Under the pieces are notes generated by a model, which saw only the letters and a list, made by a program, of their open reading frames with translations, searched no databases and was not told where the DNA came from. This document shows, one piece after another, positions 1 to 7,187 of a DNA stretch of 63,881 bases. The translations under genes and the position numbers were made by a program. Positions within the stretch are counted from its first letter, which is position 1. Each line of letters begins with the position of its first letter. Source of the stretch: Candidatus Omnitrophota bacterium (GTDB lineage Bacteria; Omnitrophota; Gorgyraeia; Gygaellales; Profunditerraquicolaceae); assembly GCA_018812825.1 (NCBI GenBank), contig JAHJCJ010000052.1, forward strand, positions 1 through 63,881. The letters are read 5' to 3'.

Positions 1-1
1 A

Positions 2-1126
2 ATAAAACAAGTTAATCCGGTGATCAAGTATATTTACATAATGTCAAAAACAGATATTCCGGGTATCTATCAGTTTGTGGTTGATCCTGATGCGCTTGTT
101 GAAAAACCTGACAAATCCAAAGCAACTTCTTTTCCGGGTGATAAATATGATGCCCGACGTTTTCCGGAAATGCTTAAGGCTTTTGATGGCCCAAGCGCTG
201 ATACTAAGCTAGCTGTTGATGAATGGGGTAAGCTGCTTTCGGGCTACGCCCCTATTTTTGATAAGAATAACCTGTCTATTGCCATACTGGGCATAGACAT
301 AGATGCGACCGATGTTTACCTTATCGAGAAAGATTTGCTATATAGGGGGATATTTGTTTTATTGATGGGTGTTGTTTTCTCGCTGCTTCTTGGCTCTATA
401 TTTTCCGCAAGGATTATTTCTCCAATCAAGAAGCTAATTGACGGCACCAAGCATATAGCAGGAGGAGACCTGGAGTATCGGGTGAAAATCCCATCTCAGG
501 ATGAAATTGGCCGGCTTGCTGCATCTTTTAATGATATGGCCGCAAGTTTAGCGGATGCCCGGGAGAAATTGCATGATTATTTTTACCGCATGGTACAGGC
601 TATGGTGCGTAGCCTGGAAGCAAAGGATCCGTATACGCGCGGCCATTCAGATAGGGTTAGCGAACTTTCTTATGAGATTGCAATTAAGATGGGGATTGCT
701 CCTAAGGAAGCGGAATTATTAAAGAAAGCAGCGCAGATGCATGATATAGGTAAGCTCGGTATGCATGATGATATATTGCATAAGAAAAGCGATTTGTCAG
801 AAGGGGAATGGGATATTGTACGCAAACATCCTGAGGTAGGGGAAGAGATATTAAAGCCGGTATTCCTGGATGCGCAGATGCTTTCTGTAATCAGGTCGCA
901 TCATGAGCACTATGACGGCACAGGTTATCCGGATGGACTAAAGGCCGACGATACTACTATTTTTGCCCAGATTGTTTCAGTTGCGGATGTCTATGATGCC
1001 ATGACTTCCGATCGTTCTTATCATGCAGCATCGACTAAAGAAGAGGCGTTGGCTAAAATAAAGGCTGGTTCCGGGACTCAATTTAACCCTGCAGTTGTTC
1101 AGGCATTGATTAAAATATTGGAGTAA
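2..1126 (+). CDS. Sensor HD-GYP domain phosphodiesterase (Cache-like periplasmic fragment, TM, HAMP, HD-GYP); 5' end probably lies outside the window
   Basis: Reading frame is open to the window edge. Motifs HDIGKLG and HHEHYDGTGYP are present. One TM helix (LYRGIFVLLMGVVFSLLLG) is followed by a HAMP-like segment. Confidence 0.85.
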   Translation: MKQVNPVIKYIYIMSKTDIPGIYQFVVDPDALVEKPDKSKATSFPGDKYDARRFPEMLKAFDGPSADTKLAVDEWGKLLSGYAPIFDKNNLSIAILGIDIDATDVYLIEKDLLYRGIFVLLMGVVFSLLLGSIFSARIISPIKKLIDGTKHIAGGDLEYRVKIPSQDEIGRLAASFNDMAASLADAREKLHDYFYRMVQAMVRSLEAKDPYTRGHSDRVSELSYEIAIKMGIAPKEAELLKKAAQMHDIGKLGMHDDILHKKSDLSEGEWDIVRKHPEVGEEILKPVFLDAQMLSVIRSHHEHYDGTGYPDGLKADDTTIFAQIVSVADVYDAMTSDRSYHAASTKEEALAKIKAGSGTQFNPAVVQALIKILE

Positions 1127-1129
1127 ACA

Positions 1130-1522
1130 ATGGGGCTGTTTAGTTTTCCTAAAGATAATCAAGATCTGATTAAACAAACCTCCGGAGATAAAAGGCTTGT
1201 ACCGAGATGGAAGATTTCTGTGCCTGCTAAAATAAAGCTAGAAGGGTTTAATAGTTATCTGGACTGTGAAGTCAGGGATTTGAACTTAAAAGGTTTTTCT
1301 CTGGTTATAGCTAAGAAAATTCTAAAAAAGCGCACAGGTGCCAAGCTGTGTTTTAACAAAAAGTTCTCCTTTAATATAGAAACGTTGGTTCTTTGGAGTA
1401 AAGCAGCAGATAATAAATATGTCTATGGTATGAAATTCACCAGAATCCTTGATGCGGATAGGGAGAGAATCTTGCAAATGATGAATGAAGATTTTCCCGC
1501 CAATGTTTGGAAGAATTTATAA
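1130..1522 (+). CDS. PilZ domain protein (putative c-di-GMP receptor)
   Basis: RLVPR (RxxxR) and DLNLKG (D/NxSxxG-like) motifs at the expected spacing. Starts 3 nt after the HD-GYP stop. Confidence 0.6.
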   Translation: MGLFSFPKDNQDLIKQTSGDKRLVPRWKISVPAKIKLEGFNSYLDCEVRDLNLKGFSLVIAKKILKKRTGAKLCFNKKFSFNIETLVLWSKAADNKYVYGMKFTRILDADRERILQMMNEDFPANVWKNL

Positions 1523-1549
1523 AATTAATACTAATTAAAGGAGTGTATT

Positions 1550-1975
1550 ATGAAGGTCTTGGTTGCAGCTATCGCGGATCATGCCTGGGTTGAAAATGGG
1601 TGCCTGTCTTTATGTAGGACATTTGATAGTATCAATGTTGATAAATTTCCATATGTAATACCGCGCATGAGCGTTGCTTTGCGCTTGCTGATTAATAGGC
1701 TAGAGGTAGGAGAACACAAATTAAGTATTTCTTTGGCTGATGCCGATGGCCATAATTTAATGAATAGCGATATAAAAATAAACTTTCAGCTTCCTCAGAG
1801 TTTAGTCCCCGAAGCCTCTTTCTCGTTTGCGCTTAACGGGCAAAACGTTGTTTTTCAGAAACCCGGTGATTATATGGTTAATATATTGGTTGATGGCAGA
1901 GTTGAAGCCAGTGTGCCGCTTTATGTAAGAGAAGCTAAAGGTGGCAGCCAACTGGATATCCCGGATCGGATTTAA
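1550..1975 (+). CDS. Hypothetical protein, 141 aa
   Basis: Long ORF with SD-like AAAGGAG upstream, in an operon with flanking genes. I could not verify any recognisable motif. Confidence 0.55.
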   Translation: MKVLVAAIADHAWVENGCLSLCRTFDSINVDKFPYVIPRMSVALRLLINRLEVGEHKLSISLADADGHNLMNSDIKINFQLPQSLVPEASFSFALNGQNVVFQKPGDYMVNILVDGRVEASVPLYVREAKGGSQLDIPDRI

Positions 1976-1997
1976 GTTCTAAAGGTATAATGTTTAA

Positions 1998-2252
1998 ATG
2001 GGAAAGATCAAGCTTGACTTACATGATGTTTATAACAATGCTAGGGCGATTGACTCCGAACTTAAGCGGGTAATCGAGGAGGCGGTAAAAAAGAAGATTA
2101 GCGAAATTGAGATTATTCCGGGTAAGGGCAGCGGCCAATTAAAGAAGCATGTGTTGCGTTTTTTAGGGCAACCCGGGGTTAAGCAGCTTTACCATCGTTT
2201 AGAAAAAGACGACAAGAATTTTGGCAGGATTTTTGTGCATTTTAGGCATTAA
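1998..2252 (+). CDS. Stand-alone Smr domain protein
   Basis: DLHD...IEIIPGKGSGQLKKHVLRFL matches the Smr pattern DLHG...IIHGKG.G.L. Confidence 0.7.
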   Translation: MGKIKLDLHDVYNNARAIDSELKRVIEEAVKKKISEIEIIPGKGSGQLKKHVLRFLGQPGVKQLYHRLEKDDKNFGRIFVHFRH

Positions 2253-2270
2253 AAATATTCATATTATTAC

Positions 2271-2298
2271 TGGACAAATGGCCAGAATGTGTTATACT
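2271..2298 (+). promoter_or_regulatory. Sigma70-like promoter of the first csp gene
   Basis: TGGACA (2271-2276), 16-nt spacer, then extended -10 TGtTATACT (TATACT at 2293-2298). Confidence 0.5.
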
Positions 2299-2334
2299 TT
2301 TCAAGTAGTGAATAAGGGATTAGAGGTTTGTAGG

Positions 2335-2371
2335 CCGTGAGGTTTAGAAAGCTAACCTTCGCGGTTTTTTT
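2335..2371 (+). terminator. Terminator-like hairpin plus T7 run inside the csp leader
   Basis: CCGTGAGGTT / AACCTTCGCGG stem followed by TTTTTTT. It lies downstream of the csp promoter and about 120 nt upstream of the csp ATG. Confidence 0.55.
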
Positions 2372-2489
2372 GTCTCGACGCCATTTGCGTCGGGATTACG
2401 CCAGGAAGTTATTCCGGGTTAAAACCCGGGTAGGTGGCTGCATTTCTGCCGTTATTTACTAAAATTTCTAGGGAAGGGGGTAGTAAATA

Positions 2490-2690
2490 ATGGCAAAAGG
2501 TAAAGTAAAGTGGTTTTCAGACCAGAAAGGTTTTGGGTTTATCACGCCTGAATCCGGTAGCGACGTATTTGTACATCACAGCGCAATCCAGGGTGAGGGT
2601 TATAAATCTTTGGCCGAGGGTCAGGAAGTTGAGTTTAACATCGAAAAAGGACCTAAGGGCGAACAGGCTACTAATGTAGTCAAGCTTTAA
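2490..2690 (+). CDS. cspA: Cold-shock protein, CspA family
   Basis: 66 aa. KGFGFI (RNP1) and VFVHH (RNP2) motifs. Strong SD GGAAGGGGG. Confidence 0.93.
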   Translation: MAKGKVKWFSDQKGFGFITPESGSDVFVHHSAIQGEGYKSLAEGQEVEFNIEKGPKGEQATNVVKL

Positions 2691-2701
2691 TACTGGTAAA
2701 G

Positions 2702-2739
2702 ATAGCCTGGCTTCTAATTTAGAGGCCAGGCTATTTCTT
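2702..2739 (+). terminator. Rho-independent terminator after csp-1
   Basis: ATAGCCTGGC / GCCAGGCTAT 10-bp stem followed by TTCTT. Confidence 0.7.
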
Positions 2740-2754
2740 AAAAAAGGAGTATTA

Positions 2755-2955
2755 ATGAATACAGGGAAAATAAAAAAATTAGTACGGGATAGAGGATTTG
2801 GTTTTATCAGCGATACTGATGGTAGAGAAGTATTCTTTCATCAAAACAGCCTGGTTGAAGCCAAGTTTGATGCCTTGAATGAAGAGCAGGCAGTTTCTTA
2901 TGATATCGAGAAATCCGATAAAGGCCCGCGCGCGGTTAATGTGCGTATTGTCTAA
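2755..2955 (+). CDS. Cold-shock domain protein, divergent second copy
   Basis: 66 aa. RGFGFI and VFFHQ variants of the RNP1/RNP2 motifs. Confidence 0.85.
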   Translation: MNTGKIKKLVRDRGFGFISDTDGREVFFHQNSLVEAKFDALNEEQAVSYDIEKSDKGPRAVNVRIV

Positions 2956-2973
2956 TTAAATAAGCGTAAGTTT

Positions 2974-3007
2974 AAAATCCCAAATACTTAATTGTATTTG
3001 GGATTTT
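2974..3007 (+). terminator. Rho-independent terminator after csp-2
   Basis: AAAATCCCAAATAC / GTATTTGGGATTTT 14-bp stem with a 6-nt loop. Confidence 0.65.
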
Positions 3008-3026
3008 AGGCTAAAGAATGTATAAT
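2998..3026 (+). promoter_or_regulatory. Promoter with its -10 element only 7 nt from the ATG (leaderless candidate)
   Basis: TTGGGA, 17-nt spacer, TATAAT (3021-3026). ATG is at 3034 with no SD between. Confidence 0.4.
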
Positions 3027-3033
3027 ATAGTTT

Positions 3034-3426
3034 ATGAAAAGCGAAAAAAGAACAGATAGGGTTATTGATTGCCTAAAATGTAAGAATCAGGCAGATTGCT
3101 GCCGGCTTGGGGCCTGGATTGATTTGGAGGAGGCCAAGAAGATATTGTCTCTTGGTATAAAAGGGGATTTCTTCCATTTGGAGAAAGATGATGAGTTTCC
3201 CTCTGGATATAAGGTAGGCACTAGCTATGAAGATGAGAAATGTGTTTTTCAGGATCCCGATGGGCTCTGTAGGATACATAAGATTGACTATGCGTATAAG
3301 CCTATAACTTGTAAGGAATTTCCTTATGAAGGCGGTAAAATTGCCCCTATTGCTGATGTTTTGTGCGTTGAGCATAAAACACGCATAAAAAAGTCTAAAG
3401 CCAGAAAGAAAATAAATAATGGATAA
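3034..3426 (+). CDS. YkgJ-family Cys-rich (CxxCxxCC-type) putative zinc/iron-chelating protein
   Basis: CLKCKNQADCC near the N-terminus plus C-terminal Cys residues (CRIH, CKEFP). Confidence 0.6.
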   Translation: MKSEKRTDRVIDCLKCKNQADCCRLGAWIDLEEAKKILSLGIKGDFFHLEKDDEFPSGYKVGTSYEDEKCVFQDPDGLCRIHKIDYAYKPITCKEFPYEGGKIAPIADVLCVEHKTRIKKSKARKKINNG

Positions 3427-3649
3427 TAAGCAGCAGAAAAAATGGTATTTTAGGACATGGGCGTTGGTAGTTTCTTTCTTCTCTGTGGGGCCTTTTATGC
3501 TGCCTTTAGTTTGGGCTAATCCTAATTTTAGCAGAAAGACAAAGATTATCATCAGTGCAGTTATTATTATTCTAAGTTATATGTTGGCCTCGTTTTTTTT
3601 AAGTGCGTTAAAATCCTTAGGTGAATATTATCGGCTTTTGCAAATATGA
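3419..3649 (+). CDS. Small two-TM membrane protein
   Basis: Two hydrophobic helices. 8-nt overlap with the upstream gene and an ATGA overlap with the downstream gene. Confidence 0.55.
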   Translation: MDNKQQKKWYFRTWALVVSFFSVGPFMLPLVWANPNFSRKTKIIISAVIIILSYMLASFFLSALKSLGEYYRLLQI

Positions 3650-4083
3650 AATATACTAAAGGCACAATTGGCAGGGTTTTCCTTATAAAATTTGAAGATC
3701 AGGATATTTTAATTGATAAGCTTAGCCTTTTTGCTAACAAAGAGCGTATTAAGGCAGCGACTATGATCTTTCTCGGGGCGCTTAGAAAAGGAGAACTGGT
3801 TACCGGGCCCAGGAAGCCGGTAATTCCCCCGCAGCCGAATAAAGTAAATTTCAAAGATGGCTGGGAGGTTATGGGTATTGGCACAATTTTTGCAAATTCC
3901 CATGGCCCGCAGATACATATTCATAGCAGCATGGGTAAAAAGAAGAAGGTTTTAACCGGTTGCCTGCGCGGTAAGTCAAGGGTATTTTTGGTTATTGAGG
4001 CAGTAGTCCTGGAGTTAAAAGGAATCAAGGCCGGCAAGGAGATTGACCCTCAAACTGGGATTAATTTATTAAAAATTATCTAA
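3646..4083 (+). CDS. PPC (DUF296) domain protein
   Basis: GPQIHIHSSMG and the overall pattern are typical of the DUF296/PCC family. Confidence 0.65.
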   Translation: MKYTKGTIGRVFLIKFEDQDILIDKLSLFANKERIKAATMIFLGALRKGELVTGPRKPVIPPQPNKVNFKDGWEVMGIGTIFANSHGPQIHIHSSMGKKKKVLTGCLRGKSRVFLVIEAVVLELKGIKAGKEIDPQTGINLLKII

Positions 4084-4094
4084 TTGCGCCAGGC

Positions 4095-4123
4095 TTGAAA
4101 ATCAGCACAATATAGTATATACT
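4095..4123 (+). promoter_or_regulatory. Candidate orphan promoter
   Basis: TTGAAA (4095-4100), 17-nt spacer, TATACT (4118-4123). Confidence 0.35.
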
Positions 4124-4140
4124 AATTAATCAAAGTTATG

Positions 4141-4191
4141 CCACGGTAATAAAGGGGCCTTAGGTTTAAACCTTTATAATCGTGGTTTTTT
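4141..4191 (+). terminator. Rho-independent terminator
   Basis: CCACGGTAATAAAGG / CCTTTATAATCGTGG (13 of 15 bp) followed by TTTTTT. Confidence 0.7.
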
Positions 4192-4265
4192 CATTTTAAG
4201 GAGGCCTTTAAAAAACAAGTTTAAATATAATTCAGTTATGTTATAATACAACAAAAGGAGAAGTC

Positions 4266-4607
4266 ATGGATTTTAATTCCCTTAGGAAGCATATGAAGTT
4301 GTTCAATTTCGAAGCCTTACGTACTGATTGCGATAATTTCTTCGAAGGAGTTATTTTCCAGCAGGAGTTGGATAAGCTTACCCTGCAGTTGAAGAATATT
4401 ATGGGGGAGCCGGTTTTTCCTTCAAAAAACAGGCTACCGCATAAGGTGCAGGAGACAGTGAATGGTTTTGGCGGGATCATGCCGGGACAGACGCTATATT
4501 ATAAAGTTTCGGAAACCGATAGCATCCTTGCTATGCTTTGGCCTTGGAAGGATGGTCAGCGTACCACGATTAAAATTATTCAGCAAAATAACCAGCAAAA
4601 TAATTAG
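4266..4607 (+). CDS. Hypothetical protein, 113 aa, Q/N-rich C-terminus
   Basis: SD AAAGGAG lies 6 nt upstream, and an extended -10 TGtTATAAT sits at 4239-4247. No recognisable domain. Confidence 0.55.
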   Translation: MDFNSLRKHMKLFNFEALRTDCDNFFEGVIFQQELDKLTLQLKNIMGEPVFPSKNRLPHKVQETVNGFGGIMPGQTLYYKVSETDSILAMLWPWKDGQRTTIKIIQQNNQQNN

Positions 4608-4610
4608 AAG

Positions 4611-5642
4611 ATGAGCTTTACGTATCTACAGGAAATTCCCACGCCGCTTGAGATCCTTAAGCTTATGCCTATGCCCGCAAAGTTAATCAAGGTAAAAGCA
4701 GTGCGGGATAAGGATATTCTAAATGTTATTAAAGGCAATGATCGCCGCCTGCTTTTAATTATCGGCCCATGTTCGGCTGATGACGAGGATGCGCTTTCAG
4801 AATATGCATCGCGCCTTGCTTTGCTTCAGAGTAAAGTCGAAGATAGATTGGTTTTGATTCCGCGTATTTATACTAATAAGCCCCGCACAACCGGCAAGGG
4901 TTATAAAGGCATGTTGCATCAGCCTAAGGCCTCAGGGGATCCGGATATTTCCCAAGGGATTTTGGCTATCCGGCGCATGCATCTAAGGGTATTAAGTGAA
5001 TCCGGCTTAACTGCCGCCGATGAGATGCTTTATCCGGGCAATTACCCTTATTTAGAAGACATCTTAAGCTATGTAACAATCGGGGCGCGTTCCGTGGAGA
5101 ATCAGGAGCACCGTTTGACAGTAAGCGGCTTGGATATTCCCGTGGGTATGAAAAATCCCACTAGCGGAGATCTGAACGTTTTGTTAAATTCCGTAGAAGC
5201 CGCGCAGATCGGACACACCTTTATTTATAACGGCTGGGAGGTCAAGACTAATGGCAATCGCCTGGCGCACTGCATCCTTCGCGGAGCAATTAATCGCCAG
5301 GGCCAAAGCATTCCGAATTATCATTATGAAGATTTAATACATTTTACCCAGCTTTATTTAAAGCGTAATCTTGCCAGCCCGGCACTTATTGTTGATACTA
5401 ATCACTCAAATTCCGATAAAGATTTTACCCATCAGCCTCGGATAGCAGAAGAGGTAATGAATAGTTTAGCCCAGTCTAAAGACTTAAGGAAAATGGTTAA
5501 AGGGCTTATGGTGGAAAGCTATCTGAAGGAAGGATCGCAGAGAGTTGGAGGCAAGGTATTCGGCCAGTCAATTACTGACCCTTGTTTAGGCTGGCACGAT
5601 ACCAAAGAGTTAATTTTAAGGTTAGCAGAAAAGAATAACTAG
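4611..5642 (+). CDS. aroG: 3-deoxy-7-phosphoheptulonate (DAHP) synthase, class I-alpha
   Basis: 343 aa, colinear with E. coli AroG/F/H. Motifs IIGPCS, KPRTT, GARSVENQ, GMKN and VMVES. Confidence 0.9.
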   Translation: MSFTYLQEIPTPLEILKLMPMPAKLIKVKAVRDKDILNVIKGNDRRLLLIIGPCSADDEDALSEYASRLALLQSKVEDRLVLIPRIYTNKPRTTGKGYKGMLHQPKASGDPDISQGILAIRRMHLRVLSESGLTAADEMLYPGNYPYLEDILSYVTIGARSVENQEHRLTVSGLDIPVGMKNPTSGDLNVLLNSVEAAQIGHTFIYNGWEVKTNGNRLAHCILRGAINRQGQSIPNYHYEDLIHFTQLYLKRNLASPALIVDTNHSNSDKDFTHQPRIAEEVMNSLAQSKDLRKMVKGLMVESYLKEGSQRVGGKVFGQSITDPCLGWHDTKELILRLAEKNN

Positions 5643-5651
5643 GAGTCCTAT

Positions 5652-7118
5652 ATGAGCCTAAAATTTGATTTTAATAACATGTTTCGTTCCAGTGTTGGCG
5701 ACCATGGTGTAAGCCAAGAGGATGTTAACGAAATACTTCCTGATGCGCAAAAGGCAGCCAGCCACTTAAAAAAGATTATTTCTAATCCTAAGGCACGCGT
5801 TAAATTAAACCTGGAATGGGCAAAATTACCGGAGCAGAGTAAGGCGGATATTGAGCAGATCCAGAAGCTCGGCCAGGGGATTTCTAAAAAATACGAGAAT
5901 GTAATCTTCTTAGGTATTGGCGGCTCATATCTTGGCTTAAAAGCTGCGCAGGATGCCTTATGCCTGCCTTATTATAATGAATTTCAATCTTTAAGAAAAA
6001 AATCACCGCGGATTTATTTTGAAGGCAACAACCTGGACCCGGATACTCTTAAAACCCTGCTCAAAAATATCAATCCTAGAAAGACATTTGTTGTGGTTAT
6101 TTCTAAGTCGGGTGAGACTACCGAGACCAAGGCAGCATTGATGCTCGTTGAGGCCTGGCTTAAGGCAGGCGTAGGCGTAAAATACGGCAGGCAAATTTTA
6201 GCCATAACTGATGCGGAGTCTGGGTCTTTGCATAAGAGAGTTGCCGCCGAGCAGCAAAAAGACGCTTTAAGCTTCCGGTCATTTCCTTTATTAAAAGGCG
6301 TAGGCGGAAGGTTCTCAGAGTTTAACATGGGGCTTTTGCACTTGGCAATCGTAGGCGTAAATATCAGTGATTTGTTTGCTGGTGCAAAAGAAATGTTTGC
6401 CCGATGCAGCCAGGATGATATTTTAAAGAATCCTGCATATATGTACGCATTATTGCATGTTATCTTGTATCGTAAGAAAGCGAAATCATTGGCAATATTA
6501 ATGCCGTTTTCCCAGGGCCTTAAATCTACCGCAGATTGGTATGTTCAGCTTTTAGCCGAAAGTATAGGCAAAAAATATCATCGTAAAGTTCTGGCAAGCG
6601 CAGATGGCGGCGAAGACTGGTTAAGTGATAAGGATTATTTATTTGCTAAAGGCAGGACGCCGATTTCGGCGGCAGGCACTAATGATTTGCATTCTATCCA
6701 GCAAAACAACATTGAAGGTGAAAATAACAAAGTAGTTACATTTATCCGGGTAGAGAAGTTTAAAACAGATTTAAAAATCCCCGGCAAGAATGATCTTTTG
6801 TCCGGCAAGAGCTTTAGCCAGCTGATGCAGTTAGCCCAGGAAGCTACGGAATGGGCGCTGGTAAGAGAGAGCCGGCCTAATTGCACTATTATAATGCCCG
6901 AAGTAGACGCGTTTAACTGGGGCGCTTTATTATTTTTCTTTGAGATGGCCACTGCTTTTGAGGGTGAGCTGCAAAATGTAAACGCGTTTGATCAGCCCGG
7001 TGTGGAAGGGTATAAGAATTATATGTATTACAAGCTGGGAAAGCCTGGAATCTCTCAAGCTGTAGCTGAATCCATAAAGAACAATCCTCTGGTTAAAAAT
7101 CCCGAATATATTCTTTAA
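5652..7118 (+). CDS. pgi: Glucose-6-phosphate isomerase
   Basis: GIGGSYLG and ISKSGETTET sugar-isomerase motifs. 488 aa. Confidence 0.9.
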   Translation: MSLKFDFNNMFRSSVGDHGVSQEDVNEILPDAQKAASHLKKIISNPKARVKLNLEWAKLPEQSKADIEQIQKLGQGISKKYENVIFLGIGGSYLGLKAAQDALCLPYYNEFQSLRKKSPRIYFEGNNLDPDTLKTLLKNINPRKTFVVVISKSGETTETKAALMLVEAWLKAGVGVKYGRQILAITDAESGSLHKRVAAEQQKDALSFRSFPLLKGVGGRFSEFNMGLLHLAIVGVNISDLFAGAKEMFARCSQDDILKNPAYMYALLHVILYRKKAKSLAILMPFSQGLKSTADWYVQLLAESIGKKYHRKVLASADGGEDWLSDKDYLFAKGRTPISAAGTNDLHSIQQNNIEGENNKVVTFIRVEKFKTDLKIPGKNDLLSGKSFSQLMQLAQEATEWALVRESRPNCTIIMPEVDAFNWGALLFFFEMATAFEGELQNVNAFDQPGVEGYKNYMYYKLGKPGISQAVAESIKNNPLVKNPEYIL

Positions 7119-7121
7119 AGG

Positions 7122-7152
7122 GTAGACAGTCTACGTAACTCACTGTAAGTAG
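7122..7152 (+). promoter_or_regulatory. 31-nt promoter-like repeat, copy 1 (contains the TAGACAGTCTA palindrome)
   Basis: GTAGACAGTCTACGTAACTCACTGTAAGTAG. About 27 of 31 nt identical to 10820-10850. Fits TAGACA-N17-TAAGTA. Confidence 0.45.
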
Positions 7153-7187
7153 AATTGTTACGTAACAAATATCACGGAGCCTGCGTC

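Noticed and set aside
3646-3649. Possible non-standard genetic code (TGA reassignment).
   Set aside because: TGA, TAA and TAG all terminate well-conserved proteins at the expected lengths. ATGA and TAATG overlaps use TGA and TAA as stops. The standard bacterial code fits.
4515-4560. Possible fourth, degenerate copy of the 44-nt palindromic element (TATGCTTTGGCCTTGGAAGG...).
   Set aside because: Only the left arm shows partial similarity. The right arm (AGCCAAAGCCA) is missing and overall identity is low, which is consistent with chance.
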